A DNA stretch of 63,911 nt, the filler included, from Collodictyon triciliatum (Eukaryota): assembly GCA_043381765.1 (NCBI GenBank). It is 7 parts of 7 records of this genome, joined end to end, with 100 filler letters (N's around TTAATTAATTAA, not from the genome) between each part and the next. Parts side by side here need not be neighbours in the genome. Positions count along the whole stretch, not along the records: positions 22,840 to 34,155 come from JBHJMP010002433.1; positions 34,256 to 45,582 come from JBHJMP010002434.1; 5 more parts are not named here. The stretch is one strand, 5' to 3'. The notes beneath the pieces were generated by a model. That model was not told the DNA's origin. It saw nothing but the letters and a program-made list of their open reading frames with translations, and did not search any database. Position 1 is the stretch's first letter, and every line of letters starts with the position of its first letter. Positions 23,914 to 36,990 of this stretch are shown piece after piece. A program made the position numbers and the translations under genes.

Positions 23914-24714
23914 AAGATGAGGTCTTGCTTGATTGAAAATTAAATTCCATCGTTTTAGATAATTAGTACAAAAATTACAGGGTTTTACCTTCGGTGATGC
24001 ATTTATTCTGATTCATTAGTGATAGACGTTGATAAAATGAATTTTTTCATAAATCAATCATAAATCTAATTAATTAAATTAATAAATGACCTGATTCGAT
24101 AAAAAGAGAAATTTAACTGACATGATAATCCCCACTATATTGCGCAAAATTGAAGGGAAGAATAAAAACCAATATGAAAATAGAGGAGATCACATTTTCA
24201 AAAAAGAGAAATTAAATAACCAGAGCAGAAATGAAAATATTGATAATAATGCCTAATTCATTAGATACGATATATCATAACATATATATTGATCATTTTT
24301 ATCTTATTTTTCTGTTTGAAAAATATGTGAATATTTATTTTGATAAAATTTCGAATTCATAAACTTAATTTACGTGATAAAGTGTTAGGTGATAACAAAA
24401 CTCAAACATAGCTTTTCTTTAAATATACAGTTTTAGGGCCTTCTAGATGAGCTTCATGTTTTTTGATCGCAGAACGTAAATTTTGATTTTTTCCATTATA
24501 ATGCAGTAAATAACTCAACACGAGCCATTCTATTCAGTATATCATTTTCAAATTTTTCCTTATCGGCTATATAACGTATGTTTATGAAATTCAGATATTC
24601 TATGAGAAATTTCTTCATTATTTCTACATATTTTCATGCCTTATTAATTTAAGATGTCGCACTCATTTTTTTGTCTTTTATTAAATAATTTGACTTGATA
24701 ATATTAGAAACTGG

Positions 24715-27700
24715 ATGTTGTTGACTTTTATTTTTTTCGTCGGTCTAGCGGTAACACATTCATCAGCCCTCGATGCAGTTTCAAGGTCATTTAGAGCAGA
24801 CATATATCAAGAAATTCATCTTTTTAAACACAATTTTTGTAGACCCCACTGCCAATACACAAAAGAGGAATTAAGGACCATGAAAATCGAGGATGCGTTT
24901 CAAGTTTTGATAAGCCTCTATGATGATTTATGTCCCATTACCCCTATTAAAAATAATCAAGAAATCTCAAAAAACCCAACCAATGAAGAAAATTATGAAG
25001 CTTTTAATTTCAGGAACAAAATTTTGCGCCAATATAATTACCAAAGTAAACCTACAATCGATGAACTTGAATTCTACGAGGAATTTAACTTGCAAAGGTC
25101 GAAAAAGCCTGAGTTAAAAGATGATAGTAGCACAGAGACTCAAAATCAATACAACATTCTTGTTCATCTCTATGATTCACTAAATGGTGATAATTGGCTT
25201 GATAAAAATGGATGGAAGGATGAATCTATTTCAATTTGCGATTGGTTCGGGGTGCACTGCAGCGAAAAATGTATGGATGTAGAATACAGAGTAAGTGATC
25301 ATAAAATCAAGACTGTTTTTATTTTTTTAACTGAAAATTTATGCGATAGAATAATACATGCCCAGTGGTTGGATTTTCATTTCCAGGGAATCGTCTCATG
25401 GGAAATATTGGTGATGCTTTTGACATTGTCCAAAAGTTTCCTTTTTTGAAGAAACTTGACTTCAGTAACAATCTACTCCACGGCACTATATCCAACGTTG
25501 AACTCAAAAACTTAGAAGTACTTTACTTGCACATTAACTCGATGACGGGATTTATCCCTGACTTCCAAGGATTGCCCATGATTGAAGATATGGATATTAA
25601 TGGAAATGAATTTGAAGGGTGTATTCCTGATTTTAGCAATCTTACAAACTTGAAAAAAATTTGGATCGGTGACAGTCGGAAACTGACAGGTTATATTGAT
25701 ATTACATTTTCAATTTTCATCACACCAAGTGATTAAAAAAATATTTCAGGTTCTCTTCCAAACTTTTCTGGAATTCCAAGCATTGAAAATATTGGAATAT
25801 TTCACACTGAAATAAATGGTAATGGAATTTCAATTAAAATTTACCAATATACTGCGTAATCTATAAAACCACTCCTATTTTCATTCTATAAAGGAACTAT
25901 ACCCAACTTTGACGGAATAAGATACGTGAATCGATTATCTTTGTTCAGCAATCTAATGATAGGTAAGTTATTTCTTCAGCAAGTTAAATAAAGTTAATTT
26001 CATAAATAAATTAATTTCAAACTGAATGAAACAGGAACAATACCAAATTTCGATAAAACTCCTCTATTGAATTACCTTTCAGTTTCAAATAACAAATTGA
26101 ACGGTACCTATTGATGGTTTATTAAAATATTAATAATCTAATAATCTAATGTTGAAAATTCAAAATGTCCTTTATAATTTGATGAATGTTGTGCAATTGT
26201 CATGTAACCTAGGTGTAATCCCTAACTTCAAAAATTTGAAAAATGCGGCCAAAATATTTCTACATAGCAATGATATTGAAGGTTATTTTCATATTAAATT
26301 TTAATCTATTTCTGAAAAAAATTACTTGATAAAAAAAAGAACTGTTTTTCTTTTATAAAACAAAACCAACCAAAATTATTTAAAATAGGAAGTATTCCAG
26401 ATTTCGAAAGTACCCCCTTAGCCGAAGTGATTGATATAGGAAACAGTAAACTAACAGGTTAATTGGAATATATTTTACATTATTTAGCCGCAAAAACATC
26501 AATAAATGATTACAACTTTATATTTCGAGTGATTACATCTTCTAAAAGAACTCAATCACAAACATAATTGTTCACTTTTAACATATAAATAGGCAAAATA
26601 CCATATTTTTCATCCTTATCAATGCTGAAAATTCTCGACATTTCCCGAAACAACATTAATGGTAAGTATTTTCCTTCTTATACTCAAGAATAAACATATT
26701 AATGTAATTAAAAATAGGAGAAATACCTCGATTTTCAAACCTTACAAATCTGAGATCATTCTCCTGTTACTCAAATTCGATTTTTGGTAATATGCCTGAC
26801 TTCAGTGATTTTCCAAATATCAAAGAAATACATGTATTTAGAAATATGATAAGTGGAACATTTCCTTTTTTCGAATCGAAGACTCTTCAATATTTGGACA
26901 TCAGTGAAAACAAGATATTTGGAAATGTTGATTTGGGCAATTTTGGACCCTCATTTCAATTTATCGACTTATCATGGAATGAAATGAATGGGACAATATC
27001 CGGCTCCATAGAAAATTTATATCAGCTCCGGTCCTTAGTTTTATCACACAACAATATCTCTGGTAGATTTCCAAACGATTTTTGGAATTTACCATATCTT
27101 AATTCTATCGATATTAGAAAAAACCAATTTTCCGGAAATGTGGGCTATTTCTTGAACCCTTCTTTTCCTTCAGGAAACACTGTCTTTCTTTATCAAAATA
27201 TCTTCCTTGATGATAACGAATTGTATGGTGAACTAAATTGGAGAATATTCAAATACTTGCTCAGTATAAAAATTATGAGCGTAAAGAATAATAAAATAAT
27301 AGCTTTAGGAGATTTAAACAGAGCAGTTAGATGGAATTATCTTGACCTTAGCGGTAATCCTATCATCGGTAGTATACCCGAGTCATTTATAAGATTCTCA
27401 AAGCTTAATTATTTAGGGCTGAGCAAAACATCTATGAATCACGGAACTGTTAACTATCTGCCAGAGTTTATGAATTATGCAGCTCCATTCAGATTAGAAG
27501 ACGAATCTAAATTATATTTGTGCCCATCGGTAATTTCTAAGGCAGGTTTAATTGAATTAAAAGTTGATCTGGACCCTGATTACTACGATTATGAGTTTTG
27601 CAAATGTTTGCCGGGGTATTTTGGTTTTGGAAATAATTGTATCCAGTGCCCAAGAGAGTGTGATTGTTTCGATGGTGTATCTTTAAAATACTGTCATGCC

Positions 27701-29271
27701 TCACCAAGTGTGTCTGCCATTGAGTCATTGATTTCTTGTCCCCTACCAAAATCATGCTATACTTGGATACCGAGTAAATCATCAAATGCAAATTCAACGA
27801 TCAAAATAACTAGTTTTTGTGAAATGGGATACGAAGGGCATGCTTGTTCTAAATGCAAGAATGGGTTTGGAAATCAAGGAAGGTCATGTATTAAATGCGA
27901 AAAAGGAACAGTCTATTCAAGCATTATTCTCGGCTCTGTTGGATTTTTCTTTTTCATTTTTTATCTGTATCGCTCGGAGTCATCAAAGTCAGGTAAAATT
28001 TAACGTTTCTGACTATTACTGTAACATTTACTTACTGCAATTTATTTTTTTTTGCAGCTAAACTTAGAATCACCATGTTTCACATGCAAACCTTGTCGAT
28101 TATATCCGTTGGCCTTTTTCTCCCAGAAGATACGAACAAGTTTATTGATATTTCTTCATCACTTGGTTCGATACAATTTCCAAACCTTTCATGCGTTCTT
28201 GGGATGGACAACGTTTTTCATTATCTTTTGTTCAGTTTTGGGAGAATACCACTTTTTGTAATTGGTGGCTCTGTTGCTTACTATTTTGGTTATGGACGCA
28301 TGCGGAACAAGGTAATTGGTGATATTGCAATTTAAAAATATTAACTGGTAAATAATTGTATTTTTGTGTGCTCATTTGTGGCATTTTGTTAGGCAATTTT
28401 CATCACGATGAATCTTTTGTTTTACATATACTACTCAATCGCAAATGAGGTTTTTGGTGTTTTTGGATGCACTGTTTATGATGACGGCGAGGGTTTATGG
28501 TATCTAAATCACAAACCCTGGATTCAATGTAATCCAGCAAGTGAAGAATATCAAAAAATGTTGGCAGTGGCAATTCCGGTTTTTATCTCATTTTTGATCG
28601 GTTTACCTGCTTTTACGTTATGGAAAGTTAGAATTATGTTTGAACGACCTGGGTATGAACCAGGAGCTCGATACGGGTTTCTGTACTTGCCATATAAAGA
28701 GGTAGATTTCAAGATTTTTTTAAAAAAAAATTACTTCAATTCTTTGTCATTATAAAAAAAACCTTACTTTCTTTAGAGCTTCAAATTCTGGGAATTCATC
28801 GTAATCGCTCGTCGATTAGCTTTTTCGTTCGTTCTCAGTGTGATTCCTTACACAAGTCCATCTATTTTCTTTTTGCTGCTTGTGATTGTGATGCAGGTTA
28901 ATTTAATATATGTAATATCTTATAAAATTATATCTGTATAGTTTCATATAAATATCTTAGAAATGCTTTAGGCCTCCATTTGGATGCAGAAAAAGTACAA
29001 ACCATACAATTCGAAAATCGAAAACCAAATGGAGTTATCTAGCCTTTACATCATCTTTGTTTCTTTCTTCCTCGCACTGTTATCTACCCTTCTTGGATCA
29101 ATAACATGGATTTCTATTCTTCTAATTGGAGTTAATTCGCTTTGGCTCTTTTATTTTACATCGGTGGCCTTCGTTATTCCCCTTTTACAAAGTGGTGAAA
29201 TCAAACAAAAATTGTTTGAAATGAGAAACGTCAAAAAAAATACCCCCTTATCGGACCCATTCTCTAACTAA
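24715..29271 (+). CDS. LRR receptor-like multi-pass membrane protein (signal peptide, LRR N-cap, plant-type LRRs, Cys-rich region, TRP/Flc-like multi-TM C-terminus); 13 exons
   Basis: Exons 24715-25290, 25350-25689, six 69-nt exons, 26718-27992, 28058-28311, 28393-28701, 28777-28896, 28972-29271, all GT-AG and phase-consistent. LYDSLNGDNW..GW..ICDWFGVHC cap. LxxLxLxxNxLxGxIP repeats. CKCLPGYFG and CEMGYEGHACSKC. RYGFLYLPYK..FWEFIVIARRL..KPY..ENQME. Confidence 0.88.
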
Positions 29272-30019
29272 AAGATGATGAAAAAAATATTCAGAAGGCA
29301 TAAAATGAACGTATTTTTTGGCCTCTGTTCAACAGTTATTGATAATAAAACAAAGCCGAGGAAACCGCCTTCGCCTCTAGGACAAAAATGAGCTGTGGAT
29401 GAGACAGCGGAAAACCCTGGATTGTGTGGTTGGAGTTTTTGTGTTTTATGGTGAATAAAAAAAACTTGATAGAAAAGAGAGAAGGTGTTCCCACACGCAG
29501 ACTATTCCACCCGAAGTGGTGAACTCCTTCAAGATTTCTGGTTATATTCAGGACTGACAGAAGAGCGGTTAAAGTTGTCGGGTCGATGAAAGTACGCACA
29601 TGGCAGTTACCTTTAAAATCGATTCCGGCGAGTCCTTTCAACTGTTTATCTCTGACAAGTTTTACATCCTGTTTCATTCCATAGGATGAGTCTTTTGAGG
29701 GGACAACGGGTCACTTTCCTTGCGTTCCTTGCTGAGTTACTTAGGCAAAAAGAGGTACATCGTCTTTTGTCTGGTATTATCGGAAGTGGCGCTTGACCGG
29801 AGTATGGCCGTGCGTTTGTGGTTTTAGAAACATACGCTCCTGTTTGCTCGGACTGTCATTGGTGTGCGGAGTTTAAAGCTTGGATTCGATTTGTAGTGTT
29901 TGCTCTTGCTCCTTGCTTCTCGGTACAACGAGTCAGCAATGATTTTCATTCTTTCTTTCAATTTTGTGCAGGATGGTGGAGATGCTGGCTTTGGTTCGCT
30001 GGCCATCGTTTGCACGGAC

Positions 30020-31330
30020 GCTACTTGGTGGCCGGGTGGCGGAGAAGTAGTCGGCAATCAGGAGTTGCATCCTGCGGTTTGGCCTGTAGCCTGGGTCTTG
30101 TGCTTGCATGAGAGATACAAGGCGAGGTTGAATCTCTTTCTCAGCCTCTTTCCACATGTCTCTTCTCACAGGGTCTGAGTAGTAGAGAACGTGCAGATGT
30201 CAAAGGAAGCTATTGAGGAAAGAGATTTGTATGATGTCATCTAGTCTATTATCAGGAATGGGTGGCTGGTTGTTGTGTCTCGCTTTGCGTGAGTATATGC
30301 GCGCTATCCACATAGTCCATAGCAAATGGCATCACATCACTCCCATAATGTTTTTGCATCTGAACGCAGCTGTTGCAGAGGCCCAAATATCGCCTGGATT
30401 GGGCCAACAGCCGCAGCCGTCTTGAGTGTCAGCCGAACAATCTCACCGGCTGTTTTGCGCAGGTTTTGAGCGAAGGGACATTACACAAATGTGTGCTCAA
30501 TGGATTCATCACCATTGCTACAAAGTGTGCATTGTTGGGAGACTTTGTCAGCTTTTGTCGCGCGTGTGCCTATCCATAGCTCCCTTTAATTGGTGATCTT
30601 AAGCATTAGAGAGCGGTGATTTGGAAGGACTTACGGGATTCTTGCTTGTCTCCAGCTCGCGGTGAGCAGGGTGTGGGTGATGCCCAGTGATTCTCCCCAT
30701 CGTTGATGTTTTGACTTTTTGTAGGGTGTCGGCGGTGTTTTGTATCGAAAGAATTTGGAGTAGGCCATAGCCATCGAGAACTGAGTAGACTGCGCACCGT
30801 TGGACGAGCGTTCGTTCTTGAGGCGGAAAAAGAATGGCGACGGGATGTTGTATGAGATTGGTCTTCGTGAGCGCCATTTTCCTTTGTTATTAAGGATGGA
30901 TGTGGTTGGCTGTGCATCTTGTGTGCGTAATGCGGTGGAGTCTGGCGTTGTGATGTACGAGCCGTCCTCTTTGAATGAGATTTCTCTGATGGTGGCCGCG
31001 TTGCCTTCGTGAATCTGTTTGATGATGTAGAAGCCTTTCTGGTTGTCCGGGCATATTTTTCCTGCTGCCAATGGCTCGTTCAGGGTTATTTTCATTTCGC
31101 AGTGAGTATACAGAATCTGCCAACGCGAGAGCAAAGGCTCGGGTGTATTTGGAGGTGGTCGTGGGATTGTTCTTTGTTGCAGCTGTGTTTTGAAGTCTGC
31201 ACACAGTTTAGTGATGAGTTTCCACATCCCAATTTGCCAAAACCCTTTCAGCTGCATGAACATGTCCGTCCACCACATCATGGTCAGTGATATTCATGCG
31301 GTTTTGAGTGTGACGAGTCCAACGCCCATT
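30020..31330 (-). mobile_element. Second degenerate copy of the same LINE family (ORF2 C-terminus)
   Basis: SLTMMWWTDMF..KGFWQIGMW and NNKGKWRSRRPISYNIPSPFFFRLKNERS align with SLTMRWWTDML..KGFWQRGMW and NNKGEWRSRRPVSYRAPSPFFFRLKNQRS of the 14.3-15.7 kb copy; contains stops and frameshifts. Confidence 0.85.
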
Positions 31331-31880
31331 ACTTCGAAAAGGATATAAAAGTAAAACTAATAAAAGCGCCAGGCTTTCATAGCCGCGCAACCCCGAACGA
31401 AGCCAATCTGCCCTATCCCATTTGTGGAAAGTATAAGCTCTCTTCGATCTCTTCATCTTTTCATCTCATTCTCACCATCGCTCAAACAAAGGAAAATCTC
31501 GAAATCAAGCAGGTGCGTCCGCAGCGTTAGTAGTAAAAAGAAAGGACCCGATCAGCAGAGACGCAAGGCCATGGTAGGCACTCGATCCAATATCCTACTC
31601 TCGAAGCAAAGACACCGTGAAAGGCTATTCTCGTTTCGGGCCAAGAAGTTTTTTTGGGAAAGTAAATCGCTGTCCGCTCACCTCTAAAAGGGCCAAGACG
31701 GAAGCAAGCAGGAGGCAAAGCAACCTACACAAAACCCCCTTTCCTACACTGTTTCCAGCCAGCCTCGTGCAGGATCACTCGGAGCAACCACGGCCCCTGC
31801 AAGTCAACCCCGGTCCTCAAAGCCTACATCAGTATGCTCACAAGTTCTTTATTTGCACCCTCTTCCCTCTTTTCTTCAGT

Positions 31881-33385
31881 ATGGTATATCTTTTCAAGTA
31901 TTTTTTTTATTTTTCATGAATTCTAAAGTCATTTGGTTTTTTTATGGCATATTGAGGGTGATAAAACATGTGGAATTCTTAACATTTATTTTGTAATTAG
32001 TTATTTCTTATTCAGTATATTTTCTTAATGGGATTTTAAATCTACTCCTTTTTCTTACGTCCATGTATGAATTCACATGGAAACTACCATTCAGTATTAA
32101 CCGACTGTATTTCAGTTCGATAAATGATACTTATCATTCAATTATTGGGCAGGGAGGAAACGTAAATCAAACACCTGGTATCATTACCATTCATTCGGAG
32201 GTCGCCCGCGAATCCACCGACCCTGACCTGGCGCTTTTGCAACAACTTCCAACAGTAAACTTTACGAGACATTATTTTTTTCATAGCAAGCTGAAGCCGC
32301 TATGGATTACCATCATTCGATTGATGTCCGGATTCGCTCATTGCTGTGATGACTTGAATATGTAATAATGATAAATAGAACAATATAAGTAAAAAAAAAA
32401 AAAAATAGGCTCGACCTCTTATCAAGTCTAGTATCGAAACAAACTGGAACTTCAAAGATTTATTTTCGTCTCCAAAAGCCGAACAATTTGGTAAATTTCA
32501 ATTTGTAGCTGGGATTATTCGAGAAAATAATGTTGGAGATGTAGACAAGTTAAAGAGATATACTCAACAATCCTTACCAAAATCTCCTCTAGATAAGTTG
32601 GATGCAAGGCCTGTCATCAAGTTGATCAACGAGTACCAAATATTTTGCCGACGTTGGGCATCACAGGTCTCACAGAATCAGGTTGTGTTTTTGTTTTGTT
32701 TTGTTTTGCTTTGTTTTGCTTTGTTTTGGTTGTGTTTTTGTTTTGTTTTGTTTTGTTTTGTTTTGTTTTGTTTTGTTTTGTTTTGTTTTGTTTTGTTTTG
32801 TTTTGTTTTGTTTTGGTTTGGTTTGGTTTGGTTTGGTTTGTTTTGGTTTGGTTTGGTTTGGTTTGGTTTGGTTTGGTTTTGTTTTGTTTTGTTTTGTTTT
32901 GTTTTGTTTTGTTCATTCAAGGTTTGAGATAGATGATTCATGTTTGTATATGTATCATATTGTATGAACTTTGAAACGTAACAAAATGTTGACAAATAAA
33001 TATAACATGTAGAAAGAGATCGCAGTGAAGATGAGGCGCTCAGAAAATGTTTCTGCGAAAGTGCGCGACTGTGTCATCATGCAAACGAATGACATGAAGG
33101 TCTTTGCAAATCAGTTCCGGGAGGGTATTCTTTGAAATTCGATATGATAATCAAAACAAGAAAATCAGTTGGCTATTAATGAAAAGACGAGCCTTATCTG
33201 TGGCCTTTATCTAAATCACATATCAGTAATCATCTTGTTGACTATCTGTAGTTGAAAAGCTCAGACAGCAAATGGACGAACTGAACCAGCTTGTGCAAAA
33301 GATTCTCACACAAACAGAGCAGCTTCGCTGCCTCCTTCCTGAAGAAGACCGTCCTTTGCCATTTCATGAGACTCTTAAGGTTTAA
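31881..33385 (+). CDS. BORCS5: BORC subunit 5 (myrlysin/LOH12CR1)-like protein, multi-exon
   Basis: Spliced translation M|GGNVNQTPGIITI..TDPDLALLQQLPT|ARPLIKSS..|DKLDARPVIKLINEYQIFCRRWASQVSQNQ|KEIAVKMRR..|..TEQLRCLLPEEDRPLPF. It recalls BORCS5 motifs (MG myristoylation start, DPDL..LQ.IP..PL, LD....Y..V..DQ, LN..LPE..RL.PF). The first exon is only the ATG. Confidence 0.62.
32688..32911. repeat. (GTTTT)n/(GGTTT)n intronic microsatellite
   Basis: Directly visible; follows GT donor after ..TCACAGAATCAG. Confidence 0.95.
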
Positions 33386-34436
33386 GAACGGGATATGCTA
33401 ATTGACGTGGGTGTGAATTACGACCAGAAAATACTCGTATGAAAGCCAAGCCATCCTTCATACAATAAAAAAAAAATTGTGTGAGATTGATTTCCATATC
33501 ACCTGCATTTTACGAGACTAAAATACGTGATGTCCCAAAACTTGTATGCGGTAGTAATCCGACTTATTTGGAGTATTTTTTTTTTTCGAAGTAAAAAGAC
33601 AAAAAACCTTGAAATATTGAGGTATGTTTATTGGAAGCCATTGCGAGTGGATTCCTGTTATGTCTCTTCCGATTAGTGAAGAGAGTGCAGGAGTGGAAGA
33701 CGCCTTTGTTGCGATTTGTTGAATCTTTGTTTCGCAGCGCATCATGTCCAACACAAGTTAAGGTTCAATTGGTTGGGGAACTTGTCTTGTGTTGCGCTTG
33801 TCGTTTTTGTGGCGTCCGAATCGTAATTTTCTGTGTTTTCCACTCATGGATAATTTTCATAGAAAATTATATTTGGCATGAACAAGTGCCTTATTTTGAA
33901 TGTTCAAATTCCAAATTGCAGATTGCTGATTAATCTCGAACAATCGATTAGTGGCGGAGGCTTTGAAACTACCAAGGGGTGGCCGTGCCCCACTCTTGGG
34001 TTATTTCTGGTTTATTTGCTTGTCTATTTCTTTTTTATTTGCTTTTTTATTTGCTTTTTTATTTGCTTTTTTTATTTGCTTTTTTTATTTGCTTTTTTTA
34101 TTTGCTTTTTTTATTTGCTTTTTTTATTTGCTTTTTTTATTTGCTTTTTTTTTATNNNNNNNNNNNNNNNNNNNNNNNNNNNNNNNNNNNNNNNNNNNNT
34201 TAATTAATTAANNNNNNNNNNNNNNNNNNNNNNNNNNNNNNNNNNNNNNNNNNNNTCCTTCCTTCCTTCCTTCCTTCCTTCCTTCCTTCCTTCCTTCCTT
34301 CCTTCCTTCCTTCCTTTCTTTCTTTCTTTCTTCCTTGATTTATTTCTTTCTTTCTTGATTTATTTCTTTCTTGATTTCTCTATATCTGTTGTTGCTATTG
34401 TTGTCATCGTCCCCAAGGGCATTCACGACTGCAGTG

Positions 34437-36098
34437 CTACAGAGGGGAAGGCAAGGAGTCGTGGCCAGCTGCTTCGCCAAAGAGGCGCGGCTGCTGTCGG
34501 ATGAGAAACGCGACGGTCTGCGCGCTCAGTCCAATCTCAGTCATTACAGAGTCTGTGTTGTCGCTCATGGGGCGGAGGAGGCTTGGTCCCAGGCAGATGG
34601 CCAGGTTTGCAGGCGTCATTCGGTTCTTTGCGCTGTGTTTGGCCAGGCGGTGGAGAAGCCCAAAGACAACGCAGGCTGTGGCTGTGTGGCTGCGGGGGAG
34701 TTTCTCGAGAAGCCGCTGTGTAGCGTCCATCTGCTCTTTTTCATCCTCCAGTTCTTTCAAGAGAGGGAGAAAAAGAGGAAAAGGGAAAGGAAAGGGAATC
34801 AGTTTTTCTTTGTGTGATGTGATATCATATGATTTAATGCGATGCCATTCAAAGTTGCATAGTTAGTTGCCCAGCATGGCAAGGCAGGTGATTTACCTCC
34901 AGCTTGAAGAAATAAGGTGTATAGGTCGAAGGTGAGAAGAGGGTTGGGCAGTTGGCGTAAATATGACTTCAGGAAGCTGGCGACAAGGAGAGGGTCGGTT
35001 TGAGGAGGAAATGTGGCGCTTCTGTCTATGAACATCATGGTAGAAGAAAAACAAAAAATAGGGAAAAAAAAAAAGAAATATTGCGTAACTAGAGAGTAAG
35101 GGTTGATATTTCTTGGAAGAATTCACCAGGAATCTAGGGTTGAATTATTATAAAAGTAATATCCATAAAATATCTGATTTAAACCGAAGAATGAGACTGT
35201 TTGTTTGAATTAAAAGAAAGGAAAAGAACAACACGCTCATAATGGAATGCATAGTCTATATGATTTTATTTAATTATTTATTTATTGTATATGAGTAATG
35301 TTACTTTCGTCAAATTCTTTCTGCCATACAGACAGTGACGCAACTCCACTTGCAACGCGAAAAATTCCCTCGCTTTCCATTCCTACTTGTCGATAAAAAA
35401 AAAATGCGGATATAAGGGAAACACTAAACACTCGATGAATTGCTTGGGAAAGAAAATATACATTCAAACGCTGCACCAACGTATTTTTAGTTTTATAAAT
35501 GAAATCAAAGAACTTGTTGATATGTGCTGATTAAAAAAAAATTATTTATCATAGGAATAATATTTCTTGCACATAAATGGCTTCAAATTTAAAAACTATT
35601 GATTTCATCTGGGGTTTATCACGCAATACCTTAATAATACACTAATATTTTAATTTGATATTACCATTCTCTTCGATGAAACGGACACATTCTAAAACAA
35701 CGTGGGGAATTGGCTGTGATTCGCTAGTCACATTTTCGATTGCAATCCCAAAAACGGCAAACTCTGGGATAGAAAAGTTTAACAATAGAATTTTATTTAA
35801 TAATTAACATAAAAATTCCTTTTCTTGATTTGATACTATAAATTATTATGCGATGAGTATATTTGAGAAGAGGAAGGAGAAGAAGAAAAAAAGAGAACCT
35901 TTTGATGGAAATATTCGACTTTTTCGGACCTGATATAAAGCATATGAGTTACAATATATGTATAATTCATTTTTAAATTCACAATTAATTCCTATGGAGT
36001 TTGCACTCTAGTGTAGCGATAATATAGTTTTTGATGAACTGTTTATTTTATTTTCGCAAAGTATTGACTGTTCGATGATAATGATGATGATGATGATG

Positions 36099-36195
<97 letters not shown>

Positions 36196-36990
36196 GCACT
36201 CTCGCCATATCTAAGCTTCCTTCGATATCCCTGTATTTTTTCAAATAATTAAATTAATCAGTGATTTATTACGTATAAAAAAAAGAGACATGAAAAGATT
36301 AGGAATCGATATCATTTACTTGATTGTTGCTTCGGGTATTGATATATTACTCGGTTCAATAAAGGTATAAATTTCTTCCAGCTAAAAATTTTGGATGATA
36401 AATACAATATGAGTTCCCTTTACTTTCGTAATTTCATGAAGCCTATAACTGTGTATTATTACAGAAAAAAATAAGTAGCGAAGAAAGACATAAACAGATA
36501 GGCTTTGTTTACCGTTTCGGCATATTTCACTTTGTCCCAGAATTTTCCGCTCACAAATGGCAGAAAGAAACTAATAGAAACCCTCGTCCATACTGAACTC
36601 CTCACAAAGATGAGAGATTTCAAATTTTTCTTATATCTATTTTTTGGACGACAAGTACGATTTACATATGAGAAAAACGAATCTAAAAAAATTAGAATCA
36701 TACAGGTGGCTGAACAGGTATGAAAAAATTACACAAAAGAATCATCATTTTTAGATATAAACGGTATACAAACTTCCGATTCACCACAGAGTATAATTGC
36801 TTCATCCAACCAAAAGCTGGCTTGTTTTCTGCAGTGGCACCAGCACCAAAATAATATACAGAATATGGACGGAGAACAACTCTGTCGAGTTTGTTAATAA
36901 TATACATCATGACACGTCCAGGTTCCATATTTGATGCAGGATAAAGCGAGGCATCAATTGAGACACATGCGTGCCCGATTCTGTCCACAC
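34437..36990 (-). CDS. BCH/CRAL-TRIO plus RhoGAP domains (ARHGAP1/Cdc42GAP-like), multi-exon; 5' end in gap
   Basis: GVDRIGH..YSVYYF..NKPAFGWMKQLYSVVNRK|YKKNLKSLIFV..PFVSGKFWDKVKY (BCH). VFGIAIE..IPHVVLECVRFIEE, GMESEGIFRVASG (arginine finger), VASFLKSYLRQLPNPLL, NRMTPANLAICLGPSLL (RhoGAP). Confidence 0.9.

Noticed and set aside
32598-32995. ORFs such as (FCFVL)n and (NKTKQ)n, with similar ones at 11077, 33878, 36008, 41699, 46411, 48604, 55433, 60089 and 61834
   Set aside because: Translations of intronic or intergenic microsatellites.
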